Source of the DNA: the human T2T-CHM13v2.0 reference genome, Homo sapiens
DNA length: 64,000 bases
Reading direction: 5' to 3' (one strand)
NCBI RefSeq assembly: GCF_009914755.1
Contig: NC_060929.1
Under the pieces are notes generated by a model, which worked only from the letters and a program-made list of their open reading frames with translations, did not search any database and was not told the DNA's origin. Positions 27,646 to 40,763 of the stretch are shown here, piece by piece; the stretch's first letter is position 1; every line of letters starts with the position of its first letter. A program made the translations under genes and the position numbers.

Positions 27646-30630
27646 AATAGTTATATGTGAAGGTGAAATAGCCACACACTATAAAAACTTATTTCCAACA
27701 TAAATATCTGGAATAATAGGCATATCAAGAATTATATTGCATATAGAATTATCTAAATATTATATAATTTATTGTAAGATTATATTTCATTATTTATTTT
27801 CTTCCTATTATCTTTACTTTCTAATAAAAAGTTAGATATAGCATATTTTATAAATGAGAACCTTTAAATTAATTTTAAAAAGAGAGTGCCTGTCAAGCAT
27901 TTGGAAAATTTATCAAAGCAACTTTCAAAATAGTATTGCCTTTGAATGCATATTGGATATTTTCATAAACCATGAAGCGACAGATGAGGACAGAACTGCA
28001 TAATATTTCAAAGGCATGGAAAACAAAGCTATTTAAAATATTACTTAAAAATTTGACAAAGTTAGCAAATATGCCAAATGATAAAATTGCTTCAGTAATT
28101 AATATCAATGAGGAAAGCTTTCACAAAATAGGAGAAAAATTAATACACTCAGAGAAAAAGAACATTTATCCATAATAATTTTTTCTCAAATTTCTACCAC
28201 TGAAATGATAATGAGGTAGAGAATTTAAATGTATTTGTAGTTAATATGTTTTATCCTTAGAAAATCTATATAAATCAATAGAAAAAATGTGAGATTAATA
28301 AGACAGTTCAAAGAATGGCTAATCACACAAATATAATAAAACCATAGGTGACTTTTATACTAGCATTGAGTTAAATCATCTGAGTTAAATTTATTCCACC
28401 CAATAACAATATGAAAATAAAAAGAACTTTTGTGATTCTGCAAAGTTATATAGAACACTTTAAGAAGGGCTGCAAATTATTCTCCTAGATATTAATGACT
28501 TTATTTATGGAAAGACATGATATATTATCTGAGAGAAAAACATCTAATATTAAAAATAAAATTCTTTATGAATCAAAGTATAGGTTAAGCTGTATTAATA
28601 AAAATCTAAAATGTTTTTCAAAAATCTATTTGATGATTCTCTATGTTATCTGTAGACTCACAGGCACAAGTCACTAAAAACTCATGTGAAAATTATTTCC
28701 TTTTTTCTGATTTCAGAAACTATTTTTATACTAACAAAAATAGTTAAAATATATATATTTTAAAAAAAGAAAAAGAAAACTAAAGTAAGGCTAACAGTTA
28801 AAAATAAAACATGTCACTATGAACAACAATTGTCTTATTCAAATGGCAAAGTGAGTTTTTGTGAAATATGTCCCATTCATTCATCCCACCACACAGAAAT
28901 ATAGTACTTAAGAAAAACATTTTACAAATTTCAATAGACTAACCAAGCTACAATGAAGAGGCTGTGGCCACCCATAGGACTAGATGAATCACTGCCCCAA
29001 ATTTGATTAGGATATTGAGACTGATGATTCACATACGTGTGCATGCACAAAAACACACACAAACACACAGTTGTGAAAGGTATATTATCCACATAAGAGG
29101 CTTTCTGGGGAGAGAAAGTTGGATGTCAAGCAGGTAAATTAAGGGATTGAAACAAAAAAGTGCAAGATTGAAGATAGCTGACTAGAGATGATCAGGAGAA
29201 CATCTGCCACTGAAAGACTGGGACACTGGGAGGACTGGGATACCCTGAGCAGACCTTCAGATGGAAAGCATTGAGCGTGGATGGAAGACGGACACAGATG
29301 CTAGGCTGAATGGGGAGGAAGCTGGGAACCTTGCACAGGGCTACCTCACACTAGGACTCATTCCTATCCCCCAATAACTATTGGGGAAGGGGTGAGTTGG
29401 ACAAATGAGGAGTGACCCACTCTTATTATAAAGCTCTGAAATTCTGGCAGTGGGAGACCCCAAAACCCCCACAGACACTTAAGCTCGCAGGGAAAGCTGC
29501 CTTGAGAGCTACTTTTCACAGGGGGAGAAACTCCAGCCTGAGGAGAGCCTAGAGGGTTTAGTATGTGCACATCTGCAGTAGAGCATGGCCAGGGATGCTC
29601 ATTATCCAAGGTTCACCATGCTCTCCTAAGAGACTTTAGCCCAGGGAAGACTTTTAGACCTGGAAAGAGCAGGGTGGTTTTGCTTGAGAGATGAGGCCAG
29701 TCTGATCTGATCACCCCCCAGCTGCTGGCCTCTTTTGGTGCCCCAGCCTGGCCATGCCTACTTGCAACGTAGCCTCACTTGCCCAACTGGGGCACTTTCT
29801 GGGGACCTTCATCATAGTTCCTTCTCCAGCAGACCATGCCTGACCACTGGAGAGCTCCAGCAGAGCACCACCTGCTAACAAGCACCAGCTCATCTGCACC
29901 CTCCCCTTACTTCAGTCTCACTTGTACTACTTTGCTGGAAGGCAATCACCCTTGTTCATCCTCCCAACACTTTACCAGTGCCAATGCATGCACAGATGCC
30001 AGCAACCCCACCTTCACCCTTATGCAGTCAGTGCCTCCAGTGTGAATGCATATATGTGGCCGGCAACCCAGCCCCCTCTGTACCAACACTGCTGCCTCTG
30101 CAAAGGCATGCATGGGATCTGGCAGCCCCACACCCACCAGCACCCTGTTTCCCACCTCCACCAGCAGCAGTGTGATTACCTGAAGAAATGCTGCAGCCCT
30201 GCTCCCACTGGTATCCCGCCCCAGCTGACGTGTGCACTCTGTTGCACTGCCACTGCTGCAAGCACACATGAACAAGCACAGATCCCACTGCCACTGCCCC
30301 AATAAGGGCTTTGTCCTGTCCCATCCAATGGACTGCTGTGGCCAGTGGTCCAGGAACACCGCGGCCCCTCCAGTGCAACAGATTCCTAACCTCAAGTGGC
30401 CAGAGAACACGACCAGAAAGGCCTGTTACCAGCCCCTCAGTGTTAAAGCACACAGCCCAGGAGTGCTGAGCTGAGCCTTGACCCTATAAAATCTTTCAGA
30501 AACAAAGCCAGTCATCTGAACCCATCTTATACCACAATCAAACCCCCAACGGCATCAAAGAAGATAAAGGCAAAACAATCCATCCAAAGAACAGCAACTT
30601 CAAAGACTGAAGGAACATAAGCCCATACAG

Positions 30631-31604
30631 ATGAGGAAGAATCAGCGCAATAACTCTGGCAACTCAGAAAACCAGAGTGTCTTCTTACCTCCAAATGATC
30701 GAACTAGTTCCCAAGCAATGATTCTTAACAAGGCTGAAGTGATTAAAATGACAGAAATATAGTTCAGAGTATGTATAGGAATGAAGATCATTGAGTTTCT
30801 TTGGAGAAATTCATCACCCAATTAAAGGATACTAAGAAATATAATAAAACAATACAGGAGATGAAAGATGAAATGGTCATTTTAAGAAAGAACCAAACTT
30901 ATATGATAGAGCTGACAAACTCACTTCAAGAATTTCAGAACACAATCACAAGTATTAATAGCAAAATTGACCAAGCTGAGGAAAGAATCTCAAAGCTTGA
31001 AGATTGGTTCTCTGAAATAACTCATTCAGATAAAAATAAAGTAAAAAGACTTAAAAAGAAAGAACAAAACCTCTGAGAAACATGGAATTCTGTAAAGAGG
31101 CCAAATCTATGTCTCACTGATGTCCCTGAAAGAAAGTGAGAGAAAGCATGCAACTCAGAAAACATATTTCAGTGTATTGTCCGTGAAAATTTCCCCAATA
31201 TCACTAGAGAGGTCAACATTCAAATTCAGAAAATGTAGAGAACCCCTGCAAGATACCACAGTAGATGCCATAACCAAGACACACAGTAATCAGATTATCC
31301 ATTGTTAAAATTAAAGAAAAAGGTTAAAGGCAACTAGAAAACAGGGGTATGTCACTTACAAAGGGAACTCCATTAAACTAAGAGTAGAGATTAAGAGCTG
31401 ATATTCAGCATTCTTAAAACAAAGAAGAAATTTCAGCCAACAATTTTATATCTGGCGAAACTAAGCCTCATAAGTGAAGGAGAAATAAAATCCCTTTCAG
31501 ATAAGCAAATGCTAAGGGAGTTTGTTACCACCAGGCCTGCCATACAAGAGGTCCTGAAAGGAATGTTAAATATAGAAAGAAATGATCATTACCTGCCACC
31601 ATAA
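30631..31604 (+). pseudogene. Disrupted L1 ORF1p (RNA-binding/coiled-coil protein)
   Basis: atgaggaagaatcagcgc start; remnant LQEFQNTITSINSKIDQAEERISKLED; multiple stops and frameshifts. Confidence 0.88.
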
Positions 31605-33737
31605 AAACATACTTAAGAACAAAGATCATTGACACTATAATCCAACCACACAATCAAGTCTGCATAATAACCAGCTAGCAACATGATAACAGGATCAAAT
31701 CCACACATATCAATATTAACCTTGAATATAAAAGAGCTGAATGCCCCAATTTAAAGATGCAGAATGGCAAGTTGGATAAAGAAGGAAGAATCATTGGTAT
31801 ACTATCTTCAAAAGACCTATCTTACATGCAAAGACGTAGTAAGCTCAAAGTAAAGGGATGGAGAAAAGTCTACCAAGTAATCATAACATGGAAAAAAAAA
31901 AAAGCAGGAGGGGTTGTTTCTCTAATTTCAGACAAAACAGATTTTAAACCAACAAAGATTAAAAAACACAAAGAAGGACATTACATAATGTTAGAGGGTT
32001 CAATTCAAAAGGAAGACAAAACTATCTTAAACAGATATATGCACCCAACATAGGAGCACTCAAATTCATAAAGCCAGTTCCTAGAGACCTATGATATAAA
32101 GAGACTTAGATAACAACACAATAATAGTGGGAGATTTCAAACCCCACTGTCAGTTTTAGACAGATTATTGAGTCAGAAATCTAACAATAATATTCGGGAC
32201 CTGAACTCAACATTTGACCAAATGGGCCTAATATATGTCTACAGACCCCTCAACCCCCAAAACAACAAAATATGCATTCTCCTCAGATACACATGGCACA
32301 TACTCTAAAATCAACCACAAAATCAGCCATAAAACAATCCTTAGCAAATTAAAAAAAAAATCATATGAACCACAAAGACCACAGTGCAATGAAAATAAAT
32401 ACTAAGAAAATCACTCAAAACCGTAGAATTACATGGAAATTAAACAACCTGCTCCTAAACAACTTTTGGGTAAGCAAGGAAATTAACACAGAAATCAAGA
32501 AATTCCTTGAAAAGAATGACAACAAAGATACAACATACCAGAATCTCTGGGACACAGCTAAAGCACTGTTATTGGGAAAATTTATAGCACTAAACACCCA
32601 CATCAAAAAGTTAGAACATCAAATTAACAACAGAACATCACACCTAGAGGAACTAGAGAAAAAAGAGCAAACCAACCCCAAAGCTAAAAAAGACAAGAAA
32701 TACCCACAATCAAATCTGAACTAAAGGAAATTGGGATGTGAAAAACCATACAAAACATTAATGAGTTCAAGAGTTGCTTATTTGAAAGAATAAATAAAGA
32801 TTGATAGAGTACTAGTTAGACTAAAATGAAAAAAAAGAGAGAATATCCAAATAAACACAATCAGAAATAACAAAGGAGACATTTCCACTGACTCCACAAA
32901 AGTACAAAAACCCTCAGAGACTATTATGAACACTTTTATGCATACAAGTTAGAAAACTTAGAAGAAATGGATAAATTTCTGGAAACATACAACCTCCCAA
33001 GGTTGAAACAGAAAGAAACAAATCCCTGAACAGACAAATAATGAGTTACAGAATTCAATCAGTAATAATCCCCTACCAACTAGAAAAAGCTCAGAACCAG
33101 ATGGATTTACAGTGAAGTTCATCTAGATGTATGAAGGAGAGTTGGTACCATTTCTATTGAAACTATTTCAAAAAATTGAAGAAGGATCTTTTTGTAACTT
33201 ATTTTATGGGGCCAGCAGCATTGTAATACAAAATCTCTGAGAAACACAACAACAAAGAACTTTAGGTCAATATCCTTGATAAGCAAAATGCAAAAATACT
33301 CACAAAATACTAGTATCTCAAATCTAACAGCACATTGAAAAGCTAAATCACCACGATCATGTAGGTTTTATCCCTGAGATTTAAGGTTGGTTCAGTATAC
33401 ACAAATCAATAAATGTGATTCATCATATAAACAGAACAAAAACAAAACCCACATGATCATCTCAAAAGATGCAGTAAAGGCTTTCAATAAAATTCAACAT
33501 CCCTTCATGTTAAGAACTCTCAAAAAACTAAGTATTGAAAGAACCTAGTTCAAAATAATGAGAGCCATCTATTACATACCCACAGCCAACATCACACTGA
33601 ATAGGCAAAAGCTGGAAGCATTCCCCTTGGAAACTGGAGCAAGGACAGAATGCCCTCTATCACCTCTCCTATTCAAAATCTTTTTGAAAGTGCTGGCCAG
33701 AGGCATCAGGGAGGAAAAATAAATAAGAGGCATCCAT

Positions 33738-34087
33738 TGTATAGTCTATTTTCACAATGTTACAAAGAACTACCTGAGATTGGGTAATTTATAATCAAAA
33801 AAGTCTTACTTGGCTCACAGTTCTGCATGGCTATGGAGGCCTCAGGAAACTTACAATCATGGCAGAAGGCAAAGGGGAATCAAGGCACATCTTACACGGC
33901 AGTAGGAAAGGGGTGGGAGTGAGGTACCACCCTTTAAAACCATCAGATCTCACTCACTATCACGAGAAAAGCAAGGAGGAAATTTGCCCCCATGATCCAA
34001 TCACCTCCCATGAGGACACTCCTCTTACATGTGGGGATTACAATTCGAGATGAGATTTGGATGGGGACACAGAGCCAAACCATATAA
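33738..34087 (-). mobile_element. THE1 (THE1C/D-like) solo LTR nested in L1 ORF2
   Basis: ggaggcctcaggaaacttacaatcatggcagaagg...gacacagagccaaaccata; perfect 5-bp TSD tccat (33733-33737, 34088-34092). Confidence 0.95.
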
Positions 34088-35637
34088 TCCATAGAGGAAG
34101 AGAGGAAGTCAAATTATCTCTGTTTGCAAACAATATGACTTTATACAAAGAAAATTTTATAGCCTCTGACGAAAAGCTCCTTGATTTTATAAACAACTTG
34201 AGCAAACTTTCAGAACATAAAATATAAAATTGGTAGCATTTCTATACACCAACAACATCCAAGCTGAGAGCCAAATCAAGTATGTAATCCCATTCACAGT
34301 GGCCAGAAAGGATAAAATGCCTAGAAATACAACTAACCAGGTATGAGAAAGATCTCTACAACGAGAATCACAAAACACTGCTCAAAGAAATCAGAGATGA
34401 TCAAACAAATGAAAAAATATGTCATGCTCATGGATAGAAAGGACTGATATTGTCAAAATGGGCATACTGTCCAAAGCAATTTACAGATTCAATGCTATTC
34501 CTATGAGACTACCAATAATATTTTTCTCAGAATTAGAAAAACTCATTTTAAGATTCAAATGGAACAGAAAAAGAGACTGAATAGCTAAGGCAACCCTAAG
34601 TTAAAATGACAAACCTGGAGGCATCACATTACCTGACTTCATACTATACTACCAGGCTACAGTAACCTAAACTTCAAGGTACCGGTACCAAAACAGACAC
34701 ATAGACCAATGGAATGAAATAGAGAGCTCAGAAATAAAGCCACACACCTACAACTGTCTGATCTTTGACAAAGTTGTTTTTGATTAGAAAAAACAACTCC
34801 CTATTCAATAAATGGTGCTGGGATAACTAGCTAGCGATATGCACAAGATTGAAACTGGACCTTTTTCTTACACCATATTCAAAAACCAAGTCACGATGGA
34901 TTAAATACTTAAATGTAAAACCTGAAATTATAAAATCCTAGAGGATAACCTAGGAAATGCCATTCTGGACATAATCTGGCAAATAATTGTGATGAAGATG
35001 CAAAAAGCAATTGCAATATAAACAAAAATTGACAAATAAGACCTAATTAAACTAAAGTGTTTCTGGAGAGAAACTGTCAACAGAGCAAATAGATAACCTA
35101 TAGAATTGGAGAAAATATTTGCAAATTATGCACCTGACAAAGGCCTAATAGCCAACATCTACAGGAAACTTTAACAAACTAACAAGTGAAAAACAAACAA
35201 CCCCATTAAAGAGTGGCCAAATGACATGAACAGACACTTTTCGAAAGACGACATGCACACGGCCAACAAGCATCTGAAAAAATGCTCAACATCACTAATC
35301 ATTACAGAAATGAAAGTCAAAACCACAATGAGATACCCTCTAACACTAGTCAGAATGGCTATTATTAAAAAGTCAAAAAATAACAGATGCTGACAAGGTT
35401 GTGGAGAAAAGGGAATGATTATATACTTTGATGGGAATGTAAGTTAGTTCAGCCATTGTGTAATTTAGTTTGGCAGTTTCTCAGATAACTTAAAACAGAA
35501 TTACCATTTCACCCAGCAATTCCATACTGGGCATATACCCAAAGAATATAAATCATTCTCCTATAAAGACACATGTACATGTATACACGTATATTCATTG
35601 TGCCACTATTCACAATAGCAGAGACATGGAACCAAAA

Positions 35638-35930
35638 TGTTTTATATATACATATAAATATATATATATTATATATATGTTTTTATATATAACATAAATA
35701 TATATATATTATATATATGTTTTTATATATACATATAAATATATATATTTATATATATGTTTTATATATATAAATAGAAATGTATTTATATTTATATATA
35801 TGTTTTATATATAAATATAAATGTATTTATATTTATATATAATGCTATTCCTATGAGACTACCAATAATATTATAATTGTATATATAATTATAAATATAT
35901 ATGTAAAATAATATATAATTATATATATAT
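35638..35930. repeat. TA-rich expansion, including about three copies of a 40-bp unit
   Basis: tgtttt restarts at 35638, 35678, 35718 and 35758, followed by irregular (TA)n. Confidence 0.92.
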
Positions 35931-35956
35931 CCAGCCTGCCACTGATGGACATTTAG

Positions 35957-35958
<2 letters not shown>

Positions 35959-35995
<37 letters not shown>
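35959..35995 (+). repeat. (AC)n microsatellite, about 18 units
   Basis: Seen directly. Confidence 0.95.
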
Positions 35996-35997
<2 letters not shown>

Positions 35998-38519
35998 GGA
36001 ATAGTATTCAGTCATAAAAAAGAACAAGATCATGTTCTTTGAGGCAGCAACATAGACAGAGCCAGAGCCCATTACCTGAAGCAAACAAACACAAGAACAG
36101 AAAACCAAATACCACTTGTTCTCACTTAAAAGTGGGAGCTGAACGTTGAGTACATATGGACACAAAGACGGGAACAAAAGACACTAGAGCACTAGTGCCT
36201 AGTTGAGTTTAGAGGGTGTGATTAGAGTGGTAATAGAAAAACTACTTATCAGGTACTATGCTTATTACCTGTGTGATGAAATAATCTGTACACCAAGCCC
36301 CTATGATATGCAATTTACCTATATAAAAAACATGCACCTGTACCCCTGAACCTAATATAAACTTTAACAAAATAAATAAAAGGATTGAGAGAGCAGATAA
36401 AAGAAAAGAGCTTGAGATTTTAATTATGGTTTGGGGGTATGGCTAGGGTGATGTCCCCCTGCTCAGGAATGTTTAAATTTCTGTTGGCACCAAATGAGGG
36501 GTCAACAGAGGCTTTCTTATTATCTTGTCTAGATGAGGCACAGAAGGGAAAGCAAAAGAGGTAAGGCGAGGCTGAAAGCTGTCAAATGTCAGAAACTGAA
36601 CCCAGATAGTTTATTATAGATATACATCTTGATAGTCTAGAAAATTTTGTCCAGAAAACCTATGAGCTTAACATAGGTCAGCAAAGGTCTGGGCCTGGGA
36701 GTGAGCACAGGTAGGATTTCAACCTCTGCAGCATACTAGCATAGGAGAGCAATTCATGTGATTTGAAAGTCTGAGCTGGCAACAAGACTTGAGACAGGAG
36801 GCTGTAGGAAGGATCCTCTGTGAAGAAAGATACAAAAAAAAACTAAAGTGAACACTTCCTGGGGCTTGTATTGAGAGAGACATCTACAATAAAGGCCTGG
36901 GCCAACCTAGTTTTAGCTTCGGGACTGGCTCTGAGATCTATTAGCAAACCACAAACCACATGCTACCAATATATGACTTGATTCAGAACTGGAATCATCT
37001 AGTGACCGAGTGGAGTATATGCTTACAATAGTGTCTTTTATTAGAGAAAAAAAAAGTTCCTCTGAAGAATATTTCAAACTTAAAATTTGAAAAATAACTT
37101 CGTTACAGATAGCCAATGAGTCTAACAAATTAGGAAGAAAAAAACACCTCTAGTTCCTTGGATTTTGAATCTGAAATGGACTTATTAATGTTTAAGATTA
37201 TTAAATATTAATACATACAAAATATACAAAATACTACAAAGGTATAAACCAAAATAATTATAATGCAAAGGTATATAAAAGAGTCAATTAAAAATGTAGG
37301 AGATATGTATATGTACATATATATATACTCACACAAATATATATATTACTCTATGTACAAACATGACATATAGCTATAAAATTATTAATATATAAAATAG
37401 ACATATATAGCAGATGTATAAAATGTATTCATTAATATATATCATAGTGAAATAGAGCCAATTAAAACAATGTCAATAAGAGAGTGAGAGAATGGATAAA
37501 TACTATATAAAATTTTAATATTTTATATACTTTATTTTATATAAATATATTTATATTTATATTTATATAAATATAATATTTTATATTTAATACTATATAA
37601 AATTTTAATGCAAGAATAAATAAACACTAAAATTAAAGAAGGTGATTGAAATGTTCCAGTATAAGCCTATTGAGAATTCCAGAAATAGGAATTAGTAAAA
37701 CATCACATAGGTAAATTTCAAAGTATTAGATCATGGCAATTTGAAAGTATTATAAAATGACAAGTATCTTTACACAGAAAAAGACTCAAATATTTAAAAA
37801 GATAGTTAAGAAAACATACATAGTGAAAAGGAGATGTAGATGATTTAATCATTTACTTATTACACAATATGTAACCAGAAATTTTAGGAAAATCAATGAC
37901 AGATTTGGAGCCGTGATATAACTTAATTCCATAAGCTTTCATACCACCAACTACGTGGAATCCAAAGCAAGTGTTAACAATTCCTCACATCCTTTTCTTA
38001 TATTTAGTTTCCAGTGTTTCAACTTGGCTAACATAGATCTGTATTTCCTATTAGGTAAGATTTGTCTAAAAGACAAGTTTATATGTCATTAAGAATGCAG
38101 AATTGGCTGCCATAAGTCTCTCAGCTTATCATTTTATATGCAATATGAGACACATGCAGAAGTAGAATCCAATTTTAGTCTTATCATGTACTTCATGACA
38201 CTCCAGGGAAATCCAGAGATGCTACCAGTTTCCAACTTGTTGAACTCTCCCCTTCTACATATAGTTTTTTCTCAGCTGCCCACCTAGCTGACCATCAGCA
38301 GTCCATGTCCACAGCCAGATAAAGAGATACCAGACTTCCAGAGCCTTTTCCACCAACTCACTATTGTGGCCCCCTATTGACAGATGGATGTGCCTGCCTT
38401 TCTAGATTTCCTTGGCTGTTCCAATATGACCACCATGCCACTCTTTCAGGAGGGCTGGATAAAAATATTTTACTGCCCCCAATATTTCTACAACTGGTAC
38501 TAAATAGCTTACTGTATAT

Positions 38520-39130
38520 AACTGTATTTCCAGAAAGAGAAGAAAGAAAAGACTGGGACAGGAATAAACATTTTAACTGATAATGCAAAAGAATTTATCA
38601 AAATTAAATCAACGGTTGAAAAGACAAGAGAAAAAAATCCCAGTGATCCTGTAATTTCTGAACAAAGTAGATAAAAATATGTGCACTTTATTATATCATA
38701 GTGAAAACAAAAAGCAAACTCAAAGAAAATATTTACAATACTTTATATTACCAATGAAATAGAATAAAAGTGCCACATCAATGGAAGCAATGGAAGATGG
38801 GGCACAATGAAATCATAAACTCAATTTTCTAAAAGAAAATAACTTTGGTCTGGAATTATATACCCAGCAAAACATATATTTAAAATGAAGACATTAGATC
38901 ATTTTCAAATGAGATAATATGGAGCATTTTCTATTGACAGAACCTCAATAAAGCATCATGAAAGATATAATTCAGGTTACAGATCTTTTCAGAAGAGTGA
39001 AAAAACAAAAAAGAAGCCTTATCAGCGAAAGTAGTCACTGTATGTGTAAATCTAAAGAAGCATGATTTATAGAACAATAGTGATATTATGTCACTATGAA
39101 AAAGCAAACTAGAAATAAAATGTGTACATT
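38520..39130 (+). mobile_element. Old L1/HAL1 ORF1-like relic
   Basis: ttccagaaagagaagaaaga...catagtgaaa...caatggaagcaatggaagatgg...tggaattatatacccagcaaaac. Confidence 0.55.
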
Positions 39131-39189
39131 GCAAGGATGATCAAGTTGACTTATACTATTTTTAATGGACATGTAAAAGTAATTATACA

Positions 39190-39800
39190 TGAAATACCCT
39201 TTCATCTGTAATAGTTTTTTTTTTTTTACTTAGAACAAGCCTTTTCAATTTCATTCAAGTTTTCTGTATCAAGAGTTTGTTTCTTTTGATTATTGAAGAG
39301 TTTTTCCATTTTAAGAGCACATTGGAATCTGTTTATCCATTCACTTGTTGATGGATTTCTTTTTCTGCTTGTGGTTATGAATGGCACTGCAATGAATATT
39401 ATTATTCAACTCCTTAGGAGTATTTTTTATGTTAGTAAAATTACTGTAAATAAAGTACATGTGTACTTACCTTCAAGAGAACTGACTGAGCAATTTCCAA
39501 CTGTTGATCGGACAATGCACTCCATCCAATAATGTTTAAGCACATTCTGGCTAACATTCAGTGATAGTAATATAAACATTTTAGAATTAAAGAATAAAAT
39601 TAAACTGCAAAATATCACACTATCTTGAAGGGGTATGTGATGATATCACACTGAAATTTTAATAAGTATTTACTTGATAACCAATGATGTTGAACATGTG
39701 TTTGCTTAGTCTACTGGCCTTTCATAGGCCTTTTTAGAGAAGGATTGCTCAAGACTTTAGCCACTTTTATTCACAGAATATTGTTTTTACTTAAAGAAAA
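39190..39800 (-). mobile_element. Old L1ME-type 3' region, antisense
   Basis: ctgtttatccattcacttgttgatgga...gcaatgaatatt...accaatgatgttgaacat. Confidence 0.65.
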
Positions 39801-40249
39801 CAACCAACAGAAAAATTATCATTATCCTGCCTTAGGTATCTAATTCAAGTTTCCTCAAAAATAAATGGAGTGAATTTTTAATTTGAAAGAACAAAATAGA
39901 GATTGTAGAGAGTATTTGGAGTAATCAAAAAAATTCCTAGTAAATGTTAGAATTTTGGAAGTCTTGTATCTGTCACCATGAGATTGACAAATACCCATTA
40001 CCATGGAATTTGCATCTATTACATAATGTTTGGTTCACCTTCTTCCTCCAAGTGCTTTGGGATGTTGAAGCCTAATTATTTTTTCTTCAGAATAGCATTG
40101 ACCTTGTTGTTCACCATGGAAACTCTTCAGGTCATACCATTATGTGGCAAATAAAGCCTATATATACTTTAGACTGACACCGAAATTCCTACAAAGGCTT
40201 GCCAACTAGCAATCCTTTCTGTTTTTTGTGGACCAACTTATAATATGTT

Positions 40250-40552
40250 ACACACCCCAAACTTCCCTCTGGACATGCTCCTTTCTGAATCACCACTTAA
40301 GTCCTTACCTATATGTGCAAATCCTTGTCTCTCTTCCAAGTCTCAGCTTGACACAACTTCATTCCTCTGGAGACGTCTTTGATCCCATTAATTAAAATAA
40401 TTTCTTTTTTCTTGGAACTCCTTAGTCATTTAATTAAAAACATTATGAATTCCTTGAATAAATGATTCATTCTCAATTCATTTTTACAGGCTGAAAGGAA
40501 CCAAAGTGTTCTGCATATTTTAGACATTCAATATATCTGTTTAATGATAAAA
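40250..40552 (+). mobile_element. L2 3' end relic
   Basis: cttccaagtctcagcttgacac...cctctggagacgtcttt...gacattcaatatatctgtttaatga. Confidence 0.55.
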
Positions 40553-40763
40553 CAGAAAAAATAAACTGCCAAATTCCATTAAATATAAATCAGTATTAAC
40601 ACTACAGTGTGGATTTTAAGTATTAACAAGAATAATTTGCTCAAATTGCAAATTAGAATACAGATCCATATATTGAAAAAAAATTCAAAGTATGTAAACT
40701 GTAATAAAATTTGGAAGCAGTTCCTGGCCGGGATGCTGTATCCTGGAAAAAGAAATAGAACTT

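Larger units (their letters stand above)
31683..36090 (+). pseudogene. Disrupted L1 ORF2p (endonuclease/reverse transcriptase)
   Basis: atgataacaggatcaaatccacacata start; remnants [36 protein letters not shown]; interrupted by THE1 and by the 35631-35958 rearrangement. Confidence 0.9.
29151..36373 (+). mobile_element. Full-length degenerate LINE-1 (L1PA15/16-like): GC-rich 5'UTR, ORF1, ORF2, 3'UTR
   Basis: Continuous L1 homology; TSD aaattaagggattga (29136-29150) / aaataaaaggattga (36374-36388), 13/15. Confidence 0.95.
28963..36620 (-). mobile_element. ERVL-class solo LTR (LTR47-like) split in two (28963-29150 and 36374-36620) by the full-length L1
   Basis: ccaaatttgattaggatattgagactgatga...gaggctttctggggagag on the left continues as ttgagagagca...gctttcttattatcttgtctagatg...aaagctgtca on the right. 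Confidence 0.65.

Noticed and set aside
29364-30474. Cluster of overlapping ORFs up to 154 aa on both strands
   Set aside because: It lies in the GC-rich L1 5'UTR, where stop codons are rare by composition; no recognisable protein
35638-35800. Regularly spaced 40-bp repeats as a CRISPR-like array
   Set aside because: Head-to-tail low-complexity units with no unique spacers, in a primate context with no cas genes
29151-36373. Potentially active full-length L1
   Set aside because: ORF1 and ORF2 are broken by many stops and frameshifts, a THE1 insertion and an inversion
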